Below the pieces are notes generated by a model. It did no database searches and had not been told where the DNA came from. It saw only the letters and a program-made list of their open reading frames with translations. The position numbers and the translations under genes are program-made. DNA of 36,311 nt from Bacteroidota bacterium. Its GTDB lineage: Bacteria; Bacteroidota; Bacteroidia; Bacteroidales; VadinHA17. The DNA lies in NCBI GenBank assembly GCA_030613125.1, contig JAUWMO010000002.1:1-36311 (forward strand), written 5' to 3'. Positions 1 to 9,225 of the stretch are shown here, piece after piece (the first letter of the stretch is position 1; every line of letters starts with the position of its first letter).

Positions 1-112
1 AATAAGGAAATGCAGATTGATTTTCGCAATATTTTGTGTGCCGAACTACCTTGATATCGGCTTATTGCCGGAAATCAGCACATTTTGTTGCAATCCGCCA
101 AAATTCATGGTG

Positions 113-165
113 AAACCTCCATGTATAAAAGTACACAAAAGATGATAATTAAAATATGGAGGTTT
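113..165. repeat. Inverted repeat AAACCTCCAT / ATGGAGGTTT (10 bp perfect arms, 33-nt spacer)
   Basis: Arms at 113-122 and 156-165 were read directly. It lies upstream of pssA. Confidence 0.65.
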
Positions 166-173
166 AGCTTCGC

Positions 174-191
174 TGAGCCCTGCGGGGTTCA
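174..191. repeat. Compact hairpin TGAGCCC-TGCG-GGGTTCA, whose flanks match the outer ends of the 16085-16180 element
   Basis: 7-bp stem (one G-U). CTGAGCCCT..GGGGTTCATGGGG at 173-196 compares with GTGAGCCCT..(insert)..GGGGTTCATGTGG at 16085-16180. Confidence 0.55.
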
Positions 192-233
192 TGGGGCCAT
201 TTACATAGAAGTTAACTTAACACACTTGGTTAA

Positions 234-1013
234 ATGTCTGTATTGCAGTTAAATAAAAATTTTAACTACATGAAACATATTCCCAATACCATTACTGCTC
301 TTGGTCTTTTATGCGGATTTTTGTCTATCTTATCCACATTAACCGGAGATATAACTATTGCTGCCTATTTAGTTTTTATTGCTGCTATTTTTGATTTTTT
401 TGATGGATTTGCAGCACGTCTCCTGAATGCATGGTCTGAGCTTGGAAAACAACTTGACTCTTTGTCAGACCTGATCAGTTTTGGTCTTGCCCCATCCCTC
501 ATTTTATTTCATGAAATTGCTGATACTTACCGATTTACATTAACGAATATTGATCTCAGTTATTTGACGCCAGGTCAGGTATTGACTCTGCTCTCACCAA
601 CTCTGGTTGTAATTGCTTCAGCCTTTCGACTTGCAAAATTTAATATTGACACTAAACAGGATATCCAGTTCATTGGGCTTCCAACACCCGCTTCAGGCTT
701 GTTCTTTGCCTCGCTGCCCCTTGTCAGAAACTCAGGGATCTCAGAATTTGTCGATAAACTACTGAATCAGCCTCTTGTTTTAACGGGAATCACAATGGTT
801 TTAGCTTATCTCCTGGTTTCAAAGTTTCCGATGTTCTCAATGAAAATAGAACATTTAAAAGACAAGAATAATATACCGGTATATACTTTAATAACTATTT
901 CTTTAATATTGTTAATCCTGTTTTCGTTAAAAGCAGTTTTTGTTATTATTATTTTATATATTTTTATGTCGTTAGTTATATTTACACTTCCGAAAAAAAA
1001 CATTGAATCATGA
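234..1013 (+). CDS. pssA: CDP-diacylglycerol--serine O-phosphatidyltransferase (phosphatidylserine synthase)
   Basis: CDP-alcohol phosphatidyltransferase signature DG-x2-AR-x8-G-x3-D-x3-D is readable as DGFAARLLNAWSELGKQLDSLSD. The protein is multi-pass hydrophobic. The in-frame ATG at 270 (MKHIPNTIT...) may be the true start. Confidence 0.85.
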   Translation: MSVLQLNKNFNYMKHIPNTITALGLLCGFLSILSTLTGDITIAAYLVFIAAIFDFFDGFAARLLNAWSELGKQLDSLSDLISFGLAPSLILFHEIADTYRFTLTNIDLSYLTPGQVLTLLSPTLVVIASAFRLAKFNIDTKQDIQFIGLPTPASGLFFASLPLVRNSGISEFVDKLLNQPLVLTGITMVLAYLLVSKFPMFSMKIEHLKDKNNIPVYTLITISLILLILFSLKAVFVIIILYIFMSLVIFTLPKKNIES

Positions 1014-1267
1014 AGTTTACTGCTGAGATAAATGTTATGCCACTTAAGGTATTACTTGACCCCCAGGGAAAAGCTGTTACAAATAGTATGAAAAACATTG
1101 GATTTAATGAAATTAACAATGTACGGGTAGGAAAACATATTACCCTCGAGATTGAAGCAAACAGTAAAGAAAAAGCAATGGAAAGGGTAAATGAAGCATG
1201 TAATAAATTACTTGCCAACCCCATAATGGAAGGCTATGAATACGTCATCAAAAAAACAGAAAAATAA
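1010..1267 (+). CDS. purS: Phosphoribosylformylglycinamidine synthase subunit PurS
   Basis: 85-aa protein with PurS-like sequence (VMPLKVLLDPQGKAV...GKHITLEIEA...). Its ATG overlaps the pssA TGA (ATGA at 1010-1013). Confidence 0.8.
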   Translation: MKFTAEINVMPLKVLLDPQGKAVTNSMKNIGFNEINNVRVGKHITLEIEANSKEKAMERVNEACNKLLANPIMEGYEYVIKKTEK

Positions 1268-1289
1268 ATATTAGATACCCGTTAATATT

Positions 1290-1580
1290 TGTCCCACATT
1301 CGTACCCCATCTGCAAGCCCTCCTTCGTCTTAGGTTATTCGTCACATTCTATGACTCATAAGTTTATCACTCCTGCGTTACTCAAACGGTCTGTGGACAA
1401 AGAAGGCTAAGGATAAGTTGATGAATATCCTTTAATTCAGTGAACGTTTAGACCAGCTTGTGGGAAAGCCTGCCAGTAGCTGTTCGAGGCAGTGCTTCCC
1501 TGCCGTTTACAGGGCCACACACTTTACAATCTACCCGGCAACCTATATATAACCCCTGAAATCACAACCATTGTAATTAT
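1290..1580. ncRNA. Candidate unclassified structured RNA (or structured 3' region); identity and strand unknown
   Basis: No ORF of 60 aa or more in a 382-nt gap between convergent genes. G+C is visibly higher than the flanks (about 46% by hand count). Nested and mutually exclusive hairpins are detailed in the findings. No RNase P, tmRNA or SRP signature motifs found. Confidence 0.3.
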
Positions 1581-1649
1581 CTGTATATCTGTGCTTTACT
1601 GAAGCTGTAATAAGAAAATACGTATTTTAATATGTATTATAATACTTAT

Positions 1650-2759
1650 TTATTCGATCTGCTCGGTTATTTTTTTCACTAATTTGAATTTATAGAAAAA
1701 CTCTCTTGCAAAGACTCTGAGAACAGTATACCCTGGTATTGCCAGTATCATGCCCCTAATACCTGCGAGACTTCCTGCAATCAGTATAACCAGGAAAACC
1801 TCCAAAGGATGTGCTTTTACGGAAGTACCATAGATCAATGGTTGAAAGAGTACATTATCAATGACCTGGACTGCAGCAAAAACTAAAGCCATATATCCAA
1901 GTAAAGGAAGCAATTCCTGATAAAACTCAAGATTCAGATTGTTCGCTATACCGAGTAATAATCCAATCGATGCACCTATTATTGGGCCTATATATGGTAT
2001 GACATTCATAATACCAGTAATTAAACCAATTACAGCAGCAAATTGGAATTTTAAACCAACTATTGTTAATCCGATAGTGTTTAAAATTGTTATTCCGGTT
2101 ATCTGTAAAAGTATACCAATGAAATAACGTGTAAGTAATTTTTTTGTTGATTTCAGAAAGCTTCCAAATCTTTCCTCATACCTGGTGGGTACAAACAACA
2201 TGATACCATCTGCAAACAATGTTTCATCTTTTAAGAAAAAGAAGGTGATAAAGGAAATTGAAAAAAAAGCTACAAATAAATTCCCCACCACACCAAGGGT
2301 GCCTCCAACTGCACTGGATATCACAGAAAGATTTAAAACAGATGCAAGTTTATGTTCAATATATTGTTCTAATGAGACTCCTTCTTCATTGCCATTGGGG
2401 TTTAATCTGAGAAAAAGTTTCTCTATTTGATCCCATGGGCCTTCCAGGCTGTCTTTAACTGCATCAATATTAATATGGGAAAGCTCCTGTGCCTGATTAA
2501 TAATAATCGGAATAAAAACTAAAAAAAAACTTAATAAAATAGTCCAGAGAAAAACAAGAGTTATAGCAGCATTTAAAGCCATGGGGAAATGGATCTTCCT
2601 TATCTTCAATCCACTTAAGAAATCAACAACTGGCCTTCCAATAAGAGAAAATACAGCTGCTACAAGGATATAAGCTACAATATTCTTAAAATACCATAAT
2701 GCAAAAGCAGTAATTATTACAGCAAGGCCAGCCAGAATATATCGCAGATTTCCTTTCAT
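1650..2759 (-). CDS. AI-2E family transporter (PerM/UPF0118-type permease)
   Basis: 369-aa polytopic membrane protein. Its overall pattern and C-terminal region (IPYIGPIIG...VIDNVLFQPLIYG) are typical of the AI-2E/PerM family. Confidence 0.75.
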   Translation of the reverse strand: MKGNLRYILAGLAVIITAFALWYFKNIVAYILVAAVFSLIGRPVVDFLSGLKIRKIHFPMALNAAITLVFLWTILLSFFLVFIPIIINQAQELSHINIDAVKDSLEGPWDQIEKLFLRLNPNGNEEGVSLEQYIEHKLASVLNLSVISSAVGGTLGVVGNLFVAFFSISFITFFFLKDETLFADGIMLFVPTRYEERFGSFLKSTKKLLTRYFIGILLQITGITILNTIGLTIVGLKFQFAAVIGLITGIMNVIPYIGPIIGASIGLLLGIANNLNLEFYQELLPLLGYMALVFAAVQVIDNVLFQPLIYGTSVKAHPLEVFLVILIAGSLAGIRGMILAIPGYTVLRVFAREFFYKFKLVKKITEQIE

Positions 2760-2790
2760 TTAAGAACTTAGTTGTTTAAAAATAATCATT

Positions 2791-4005
2791 TTATTCAGTA
2801 TTCTCCAAAACAAAACTGGCGAAACGTCGCCCAAACTCCCTTAATTCCCCGGATTTCCCTTCAGAGGGATAAAATTTATATAATGCTCTAAAATCGAAAA
2901 GCTTCAGTTTTAATTCTTTAAGGTTTCCTGCAATAATTTCAAAAGCTTCCCCGCTCCACCCGAAAGAACCAAATACTGCAGCTGGCTTACCCTTGTCCCT
3001 GACCGGATTTATTACAGAAAATAATTTATATACAGGTAATAAGGTATTTTGATTAATTGTTGGAGAGCCGACAATCAGGGCAGCACTCTGCATTATTTTA
3101 GTATCCATTGCACCCAAAGTAGTAAACTCAATATCCATCAGTTCAGTTTCAATTGAACCTACCTGCAAAATGCCTTCCTCAATAGCCTTTGCCATCTCTT
3201 TCGTATATCCATATGCAGAAACATAAGCTATCAGAACTCTTGGAATATCACTATGTATTTTTTTAAGATATTCGACAGCCAGTTGCTCTGAAATATCTAC
3301 ATATTTTTTCCAGTCAGATCTTAATATTGGACCATGCCCCGGACATATAGTTTTAATTTCAAGAGTTTTTACCTTATCAATGGCTTTTACCATAAACTTG
3401 CTGTATGGTTTTAGTATTACATTAAAATAGTATTTGAATGCTTTTTCAAAATCACCAACCTTATCATCAAACATATCCTCATGGCAATAATGACATCCAA
3501 AGGAGTCACAGGTAAAAAGCAGTTTTTCTTCAACTAAATAAGTATAAATCGTGTCAGGCCAGTGCAAATTTGGAGCAGCAATAAACCTCAGGGTCATATT
3601 CCCCAGATCAAGTTCATCACCGTCTTTAACCTGCTTAAACAGAAATGGTTCGTCAATAATGTCCTTCAAATATCTGATTGCATTACCACTTCCGACAACA
3701 ATTGCATCAGGAGCAATTTTTAGTAAGTGCTTAAGATTTCCTGAATGGTCAGGTTCTGTATGATTTAGAATAATATATTTAATTTCAGCTGGATCAGTTA
3801 CTGATCTTACTTTTTCAAGAAAAGATTCTTTGAACTTTTCTTTAGAAGTATCAATTATTGTTTTCTTCCTGGCATCAATAAAATATGAATTATAGGTAGT
3901 TCCATAATCTGTTTTCATAACTATATCAAAAGAAACTATGTCATAGTCTAAAACCCCAATCCATTTCACATTTTGAGAGATTTCTAAAATTCCGTTATTT
4001 TTCAT
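2791..4005 (-). CDS. Flavodiiron protein (FprA/rubredoxin:oxygen oxidoreductase type; metallo-beta-lactamase fold plus flavodoxin domain)
   Basis: Di-iron ligand motif HTEPDHSG (H-x-E-x-D-H) in the N-terminal half. C-terminal flavodoxin-like domain (VLIAYVSAYGYTKEMA...). The 404-aa length is typical of class A FDPs. Confidence 0.85.
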   Translation of the reverse strand: MKNNGILEISQNVKWIGVLDYDIVSFDIVMKTDYGTTYNSYFIDARKKTIIDTSKEKFKESFLEKVRSVTDPAEIKYIILNHTEPDHSGNLKHLLKIAPDAIVVGSGNAIRYLKDIIDEPFLFKQVKDGDELDLGNMTLRFIAAPNLHWPDTIYTYLVEEKLLFTCDSFGCHYCHEDMFDDKVGDFEKAFKYYFNVILKPYSKFMVKAIDKVKTLEIKTICPGHGPILRSDWKKYVDISEQLAVEYLKKIHSDIPRVLIAYVSAYGYTKEMAKAIEEGILQVGSIETELMDIEFTTLGAMDTKIMQSAALIVGSPTINQNTLLPVYKLFSVINPVRDKGKPAAVFGSFGWSGEAFEIIAGNLKELKLKLFDFRALYKFYPSEGKSGELREFGRRFASFVLENTE

Positions 4006-4041
4006 CTGTTTAAGAATTTATAATAATCCGAAAAAATACAA

Positions 4042-4072
4042 ATAAAAAAAGGAACCACAAAGGCTCCTTCCT
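4042..4072 (-). terminator. Rho-independent terminator after psd
   Basis: On the minus strand, AAGGAGCC-UUUGU-GGUUCCUU hairpin (8 bp with one mismatch; plus coordinates 4049-4069) is followed by a U run (plus-strand A run 4044-4050). Confidence 0.65.
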
Positions 4073-4130
4073 TTATAACTTATGTAGCAGTGATTTTTTA
4101 TATAGAAATATTTTTTATCAGTTATAATTA

Positions 4131-4790
4131 TTATTCAAAACTTGCTATTACAGTTTTATTTCCTTTAACCTTCTGATCAAGTCCAACATTTAGTTTTACA
4201 TTAAGTGGCAGGAATATATCAACTCTTGATCCGAACTTAATAAAACCTAGTTCATCTCCTTGTTGTACTTCATTCCCGGGTTTCAGGTAAGTAACTATTC
4301 TTCTTGCAACTGCACCTGCAATTTGTCTGATCAAAATCGGTGTTCCATTGGTATGTTTTATTACAATTGAAGTCCTTTCATTTTCTTTTGAAGATTTCGG
4401 GTGCCAGGCAACCCAATAATTCCCCGGTTCATGTTTCGTATATTCAACAGTTCCTGAAATAGAACAAAAGTTCATATGAATATTTAAGGGTGACATGAAT
4501 ATGGAAACCTGAAGTCTGCTATCATGAAAATATAATTCCTCCAAAACCTCTTCAATTGCGACAATAGAACCGTCTGCCGGTGCGAGAATGTGATTACTAT
4601 TAAATTCAACTGATCTTTTTGGTTTCCGGAAGAATAATATAACAAACAGAAAAAAAAATGCACTCCCCCCGGAAATCAAATAAAATAACCATCCTTTAAA
4701 ATGATGGAAAGGAATAAAAACAATGTTGACCACTATAAGGGCAAGCAAAAATAAAACTATTATACGATATCCTTCGCGATGAATTGTCAT
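4131..4790 (-). CDS. psd: Phosphatidylserine decarboxylase proenzyme (short, membrane-anchored type)
   Basis: 219 aa with N-terminal TM segments. C-terminal self-cleavage region FGSRVD (G-S processing site). Sits directly downstream of cdsA. Confidence 0.85.
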   Translation of the reverse strand: MTIHREGYRIIVLFLLALIVVNIVFIPFHHFKGWLFYLISGGSAFFFLFVILFFRKPKRSVEFNSNHILAPADGSIVAIEEVLEELYFHDSRLQVSIFMSPLNIHMNFCSISGTVEYTKHEPGNYWVAWHPKSSKENERTSIVIKHTNGTPILIRQIAGAVARRIVTYLKPGNEVQQGDELGFIKFGSRVDIFLPLNVKLNVGLDQKVKGNKTVIASFE

Positions 4791-4821
4791 ACTTGTCAGG
4801 TTGTAACAAAAATACAGATTT

Positions 4822-5703
4822 TCATAAAACTAACTGAAGATACATAAATACTATTGGTGCAGATAATAAAACTCCGTCAAACCGGTCAAGAAGGCCACCA
4901 TGCCCTGGTAGCAGGTTGCCTGAATCTTTTAGGCCCAGATATCTTTTCAACATAGATTCAAACAGATCTCCCAGTGTTCCGAAAACAATAATTATTACTG
5001 CCACTATTAACCAGTCTATTAAACCTAAAACCGGGAAGTATTTTGAAAGAAGAAAACCGGTAATAACTGCAAAAAAAATACCTCCAAGCAGACCCTCCCA
5101 TGATTTCTTGGGGGATATTCTTTTAAATAATTTATGTTTGCCAAAAGGAACCCCAATAACATATGCCCCTGTATCATTGATCCAGTGTAGAAAGAAGAAT
5201 CCCAGCAGGATCTGATAAAAATATTCTACTTTAAAATGGGGTTGAAATAAAAAGTTTACAACATCATTTTCATTACCAGAGCCAATATTCAGTTCTTCAG
5301 TTTGGTAAAAAGCCATATAGTTTAACAAAGCAAAAGGAACAGATATATATATAAGACCGAGTAAAGTAAAAGCAATATTGTGAATCGGTCTGTTTTCCCT
5401 AAACACCAACTCACTAATAAAAACGAAACTAATAAGCGGCAAAAATAAAACAACAAACCGGGTCGGTATAAATCCGACGGCATTTAAAAAACTAAAAACA
5501 TAGAAAAGGACAGCAACTGAAATTCCATAAATCATTTGAGGATGGATCTTTGCCCTGCTCAGCATATTATAGAACTCATAAAGAGTCCCAATAAGGATAA
5601 GAAGAAATAAAGTCACATAACTTATACTACTGAGAATAATAGCACCTGTAATCATGACAATGATCAGGATACCTGTTGCAGTTCTTTTAACTAAATTACT
5701 CAA
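4822..5703 (-). CDS. cdsA: Phosphatidate cytidylyltransferase (CDP-diglyceride synthase)
   Basis: CdsA signature S-x-x-KR-x4-KD-x5-PGHGG-x2-DR-x-D is read as SMLKRYLGLKDSGNLLPGHGGLLDRFD. Polytopic. The start codon at 5703 is TTG. Confidence 0.9.
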   Translation of the reverse strand: MSNLVKRTATGILIIVMITGAIILSSISYVTLFLLILIGTLYEFYNMLSRAKIHPQMIYGISVAVLFYVFSFLNAVGFIPTRFVVLFLPLISFVFISELVFRENRPIHNIAFTLLGLIYISVPFALLNYMAFYQTEELNIGSGNENDVVNFLFQPHFKVEYFYQILLGFFFLHWINDTGAYVIGVPFGKHKLFKRISPKKSWEGLLGGIFFAVITGFLLSKYFPVLGLIDWLIVAVIIIVFGTLGDLFESMLKRYLGLKDSGNLLPGHGGLLDRFDGVLLSAPIVFMYLQLVL

Positions 5704-5746
5704 TATTTTATCTTCTTAATCAGGTTATATTAGCTAAAAACAATCG

Positions 5747-5779
5747 CAAATATATTATTTTTGTTAATAATCTGACAAA
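5747..5779 (-). promoter_or_regulatory. Putative Bacteroidota sigma-A-type promoter for cdsA-psd
   Basis: On the minus strand, TTTG (plus 5776-5779), a 21-nt spacer, then TATATTTG (plus 5747-5754), which matches the TAnnTTTG -7 consensus. It lies about 44 nt upstream of the cdsA start. Confidence 0.35.
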
Positions 5780-5861
5780 GGATTTCAAAAAGATATGTTT
5801 GTTAGCAGATAAATATGGGTACCCGGTTTGGCTCCTTATCCGGGATTTTATTCAGTTCCGG

Positions 5862-7934
5862 TTACTCTTTATTAATAGGCTTGTTCTCAATTTTTCCAGA
5901 TTTTTCTTTCGCTGTGGTTAATGGCCTTCTGGAGTTTATATTAGATTTCCTGGTTTTAGATGGTTCATCTGTTTTTCCATATTTTCTTTTACCAAAAACT
6001 CTTTCAAGGTCTTCACTAAAAATCACCTCTTTTTCAATTAACAAGTTAGCAAGTTCTTCAAGGCCTTTTTTATGTTTAATTAAAATCTTTTTAGCTCGTT
6101 CAAAAGTATAATCAACAATTTTCTTTGCTTCTTCATCAATGATCTCGGCAGTCCTCTCAGAATAAGGCTTATTAAAACTATATTCTGACTGACCTGTTGA
6201 ATCATAATAACTCATATTACCTATCTTAGAACTCATTCCAAAATAAGTTACCATTGCATATGCCTGTTTAGTAACTTTTTCAAGATCATTCAGGGCACCT
6301 GTTGAGATCTTGCCAAAACTAATCTCCTCTGATGCCCTGCCACCAAGAGCCGCACACAATTCATCATTAAGTTGTTCGGTAGTTGTAATTTGTCTTTCCT
6401 CCGGAAGATACCAGGCTGCACCAAGGGATTTTCCTCTGGGGACAATTGTAACCTTTACCAGAGGATTGGCATGTTCAAGCAACCAACTCACCGTAGCATG
6501 ACCTGCTTCATGAAATGCAATAGTTCTTTTTTCCTGAGGAGTAATAATTTTATTTTTCCTTTCAAGGCCACCAACGATCCGGTCAACGGCATCAAGAAAG
6601 TCTTGTTTCTGAACCTTTTTCTTATTTTTTCTTGCAGCAATCAATGCAGCCTCATTACACATATTAGCAATATCAGCTCCTGAAAATCCAGGTGTTTGTC
6701 TGGCCAGAAAGCTAATTTCAAGGTTTTTTTCAATTTTCAAAGGTTTTATGTGAACCATAAATATCTCTTTTCTTTCATTAAGATCAGGTAGTTCAACGTG
6801 GATCTGACGGTCAAACCTTCCAGCCCGCAGCAATGCCTTATCAAGTACATCCGCCCTGTTAGTAGCCGCTAATATTATGACTCCTACATTACTGGCAAAT
6901 CCGTCCATTTCTGTCAACAACTGGTTCAATGTGTTTTCCCTTTCATCATTTGCTCCAAAATTCGGATTTCTTCCCCTTGCCCTTCCAACAGCATCGATTT
7001 CATCAATAAAGACAATACAAGGAGCCTTTTCTTTTGCTTGTTTAAAAAGATCCCTAACCCGTGATGCACCAACTCCTACAAACATTTCTACAAAATCGGA
7101 ACCTGAAATACTGAAAAAAGGCACATTGGCCTCACCGGCAACTGCTTTAGCAAGCAATGTTTTACCGGTACCAGGAGGACCTATCAATAATGCTCCTTTT
7201 GGGATTTTCCCTCCCAGTTCCGTGTATTTTTTTGGATTTTTTAAGAAATCAACGATTTCCCTGATTTCCACTTTAGCTTCTTCCAATCCTGCAACATCCT
7301 TAAAATCAACTTTAACATCAGTAGTATCTTTATCAAATACTCTAGCCTTGGATTTCCCGATATTGAAGATATTGCTTGCTCCACCTCCTCCAGCACCGCC
7401 ACTCATTCTTCTGAAAATAAATAACCAAATAACCACAAGGATAATTAAGGGCAATAACCAGTTCAGTAAATCTCCAAACAAATTCTTTTTCGTCTCATAA
7501 GACACACCTATCCTCTCCTCTTCAGAATAATTAAATTTTTTCTGTACACTATTCAATTTATCTTCAAAAGATTCAATTGAACCGATATTAAAATAACATT
7601 GAGGTGATGATTCCGACCATGAATTCAGACCTTTTGGTTTAAGGTCATCATATTGACCTGAATTCCAGCTATCGCGTTTCAGGTAAACCTGGGCAATTTC
7701 TTTATTAATGACTACTATTCTTTCAACATGGTGCTTACTGACCATTTCTCTTTCAAACCTCAGCCAATCTATTTTTTTTGAACCCGACCCTGAGAATACA
7801 ATGTTCATTAAGATAAATGCCAGAGCAAGGATACCATAAATCCAATAAATACTGAACTTAGGGCCTTTCCCTTTATCTTTTCCATCTTTGTTCCCCAGTA
7901 ATGGATTAAAATTATATTTTTTCTTTTTGTCCAT
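5862..7934 (-). CDS. ftsH: ATP-dependent zinc metalloprotease FtsH
   Basis: Walker [12 protein letters not shown]+ second region of homology, zinc site HEAGH, and two N-terminal TM segments. It carries a lysine-rich C-terminal tail. Confidence 0.95.
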   Translation of the reverse strand: MDKKKKYNFNPLLGNKDGKDKGKGPKFSIYWIYGILALAFILMNIVFSGSGSKKIDWLRFEREMVSKHHVERIVVINKEIAQVYLKRDSWNSGQYDDLKPKGLNSWSESSPQCYFNIGSIESFEDKLNSVQKKFNYSEEERIGVSYETKKNLFGDLLNWLLPLIILVVIWLFIFRRMSGGAGGGGASNIFNIGKSKARVFDKDTTDVKVDFKDVAGLEEAKVEIREIVDFLKNPKKYTELGGKIPKGALLIGPPGTGKTLLAKAVAGEANVPFFSISGSDFVEMFVGVGASRVRDLFKQAKEKAPCIVFIDEIDAVGRARGRNPNFGANDERENTLNQLLTEMDGFASNVGVIILAATNRADVLDKALLRAGRFDRQIHVELPDLNERKEIFMVHIKPLKIEKNLEISFLARQTPGFSGADIANMCNEAALIAARKNKKKVQKQDFLDAVDRIVGGLERKNKIITPQEKRTIAFHEAGHATVSWLLEHANPLVKVTIVPRGKSLGAAWYLPEERQITTTEQLNDELCAALGGRASEEISFGKISTGALNDLEKVTKQAYAMVTYFGMSSKIGNMSYYDSTGQSEYSFNKPYSERTAEIIDEEAKKIVDYTFERAKKILIKHKKGLEELANLLIEKEVIFSEDLERVFGKRKYGKTDEPSKTRKSNINSRRPLTTAKEKSGKIENKPINKE

Positions 7935-7952
7935 AGTTTGTAAATCTTGTCT

Positions 7953-8327
7953 CTACTCTTCTTCCTCAATTACTTCTGATTTTGCATCAGCCCATAGTTC
8001 TTCAAGATTATAAAGTAAACGGTAATGTTCAAGAAAAATATGAACAACAACATCACTATAATCCAATAAGATCCAAGTTGCATTTTTAAATCCTTCTTTG
8101 TGAAAAAGTTTCTCGTCACTTTTTTCCCTTACAACCTCTTCCACTGAACCTCCGATAGCTGAGGTTTGAGTGGTTGATTCGCCATGACATATAACAAAAT
8201 AATTACAAATTGAATTTTCTAATCCTGATAAATCAAGCACTATAATCCTTCTCCCTTTCTTTTTTAATATTCCCTCAATTACTAACTCTACAAGGCGATC
8301 GGTCTGCAAATCATTCTTACCTTTCAT
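7953..8327 (-). CDS. rsfS: Ribosomal silencing factor RsfS (iojap family)
   Basis: 124 aa with WILLDYSDVVVHIF...EELW, typical of RsfS. Located immediately upstream of ftsH, as in many Bacteroidota. Confidence 0.85.
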   Translation of the reverse strand: MKGKNDLQTDRLVELVIEGILKKKGRRIIVLDLSGLENSICNYFVICHGESTTQTSAIGGSVEEVVREKSDEKLFHKEGFKNATWILLDYSDVVVHIFLEHYRLLYNLEELWADAKSEVIEEEE

Positions 8328-8433
8328 TCAAAAACTTTTACATACAAAAGTAATGAAATAATATGATCGGTAAAAATTAGTATTTTTATATATTGGATCA
8401 GATATATTACAAGAAGAGTGCCATTATTAAATA

Positions 8434-9225
8434 TTGTTTAATTTAAGTGGGATTAAATTGAATCCATACTCAATAAACACAGACTCTGTTTTAATCGGCA
8501 GTAATATTATTCAGTTAGAGGAAACTACTTCGACCAATGACGTTGCAGAAGCCATTATGAGTAATGAACCTGTGGCTGATGGAACTCTCATCTGGGCTCA
8601 TTATCAAACCTTTGGAAGAGGTGAGGGAGGAAATACCTGGGAAAGTAAGGCTGGAAAAAACCTTACAATTAGTATCATTTTAAGACCAGAATTCCTTGAG
8701 CCCAGACATCAATTTTATATTTCCAAGATTATTGCACTTGGGATTAAAGACTTTATTAACCTTTTTTCAGATGGTGTGACAATCAAATGGCCTAATGACA
8801 TTTATGTAAAAAATGACAAAATTTCAGGTATTTTAATTGAAAACTCAATTCTTGGAGATCAGTATAGTTATTGTGTCGTCGGCATTGGTATCAACATAAA
8901 TCAGAGACGGTTTTCTTCAAACCTGATCAATCCAACCTCACTTTCACTTATTACAAATCATAGTTTTGTACTTAAAGAGTGCCTGTTTTTACTGATTAGC
9001 CTTTTAGATAATCGTTATATTACTTTAAAAGAAAAAAAGTTTGACCAGATTGATAGAGATTATAATAATAATTTATACCGTTACAGAGAAATACATTCTT
9101 ATGAAACGCCTGATGGAATCATCCAGGCTGAGATCATTGGGGTAAAAAAAACAGGAGAAATAATGTTATCTGTAATTGATAATAAAATAAGATCTTTTGG
9201 ATTTAAAGAAGTTAGTTACCTTTAA
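8434..9225 (+). CDS. birA: Biotin--[acetyl-CoA-carboxylase] ligase (group I BirA, no HTH domain)
   Basis: GRGxxGxxW-type motif (FGRGEGGNTWES), KWPNDIY and GILIE motifs. The track start is TTG at 8434, so the start is uncertain. Confidence 0.75.
   Translation: MFNLSGIKLNPYSINTDSVLIGSNIIQLEETTSTNDVAEAIMSNEPVADGTLIWAHYQTFGRGEGGNTWESKAGKNLTISIILRPEFLEPRHQFYISKIIALGIKDFINLFSDGVTIKWPNDIYVKNDKISGILIENSILGDQYSYCVVGIGININQRRFSSNLINPTSLSLITNHSFVLKECLFLLISLLDNRYITLKEKKFDQIDRDYNNNLYRYREIHSYETPDGIIQAEIIGVKKTGEIMLSVIDNKIRSFGFKEVSYL

Noticed and set aside
1-233. Possible 3' end of an upstream gene (frame 2 is open from 2 to about 150) or a minus-strand gene start
   Set aside because: The ~50-aa translation (IRKCRLIFAIFCVPNYLDIG...) matches nothing I recognise. 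The minus-strand ATG at about 108 opens only a 20-codon ORF. There is too little sequence to call.
1290-1580. Possible RNase P RNA, tmRNA or SRP RNA, given the size and GC content
   Set aside because: On neither strand could I find the near-invariant GGAAAGUCCGG / ACAGAACCCGGCUUA blocks of RNase P. Also absent were a tmRNA 5' GGGG...3' UCCACCA acceptor pair with an ...ALAA-stop tag, and the SRP helix-8 GGAA tetraloop with the AGCAGC motif. The GGCAG-GGAAGCA-CUGCC hairpin only superficially resembles SRP. The segment is left as unclassified.
6877-7500. 207-aa ORF antisense to ftsH, plus similar antisense or out-of-frame ORFs at 806-1224, 1939-2430, 3551-3763, 4916-5215, 5815-6683, 13008-15407, 17779-17988, 19579-20007, 21370-24326, 25726-27339, 27816-28727, 29539-29730, 31444-31629, 32537-32945 and 35021-35206
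   Set aside because: All lie inside strongly supported genes with clear family motifs. Their translations are low-complexity or Ser/Pro/Leu/Phe-rich, as expected for shadow frames in AT-rich DNA.
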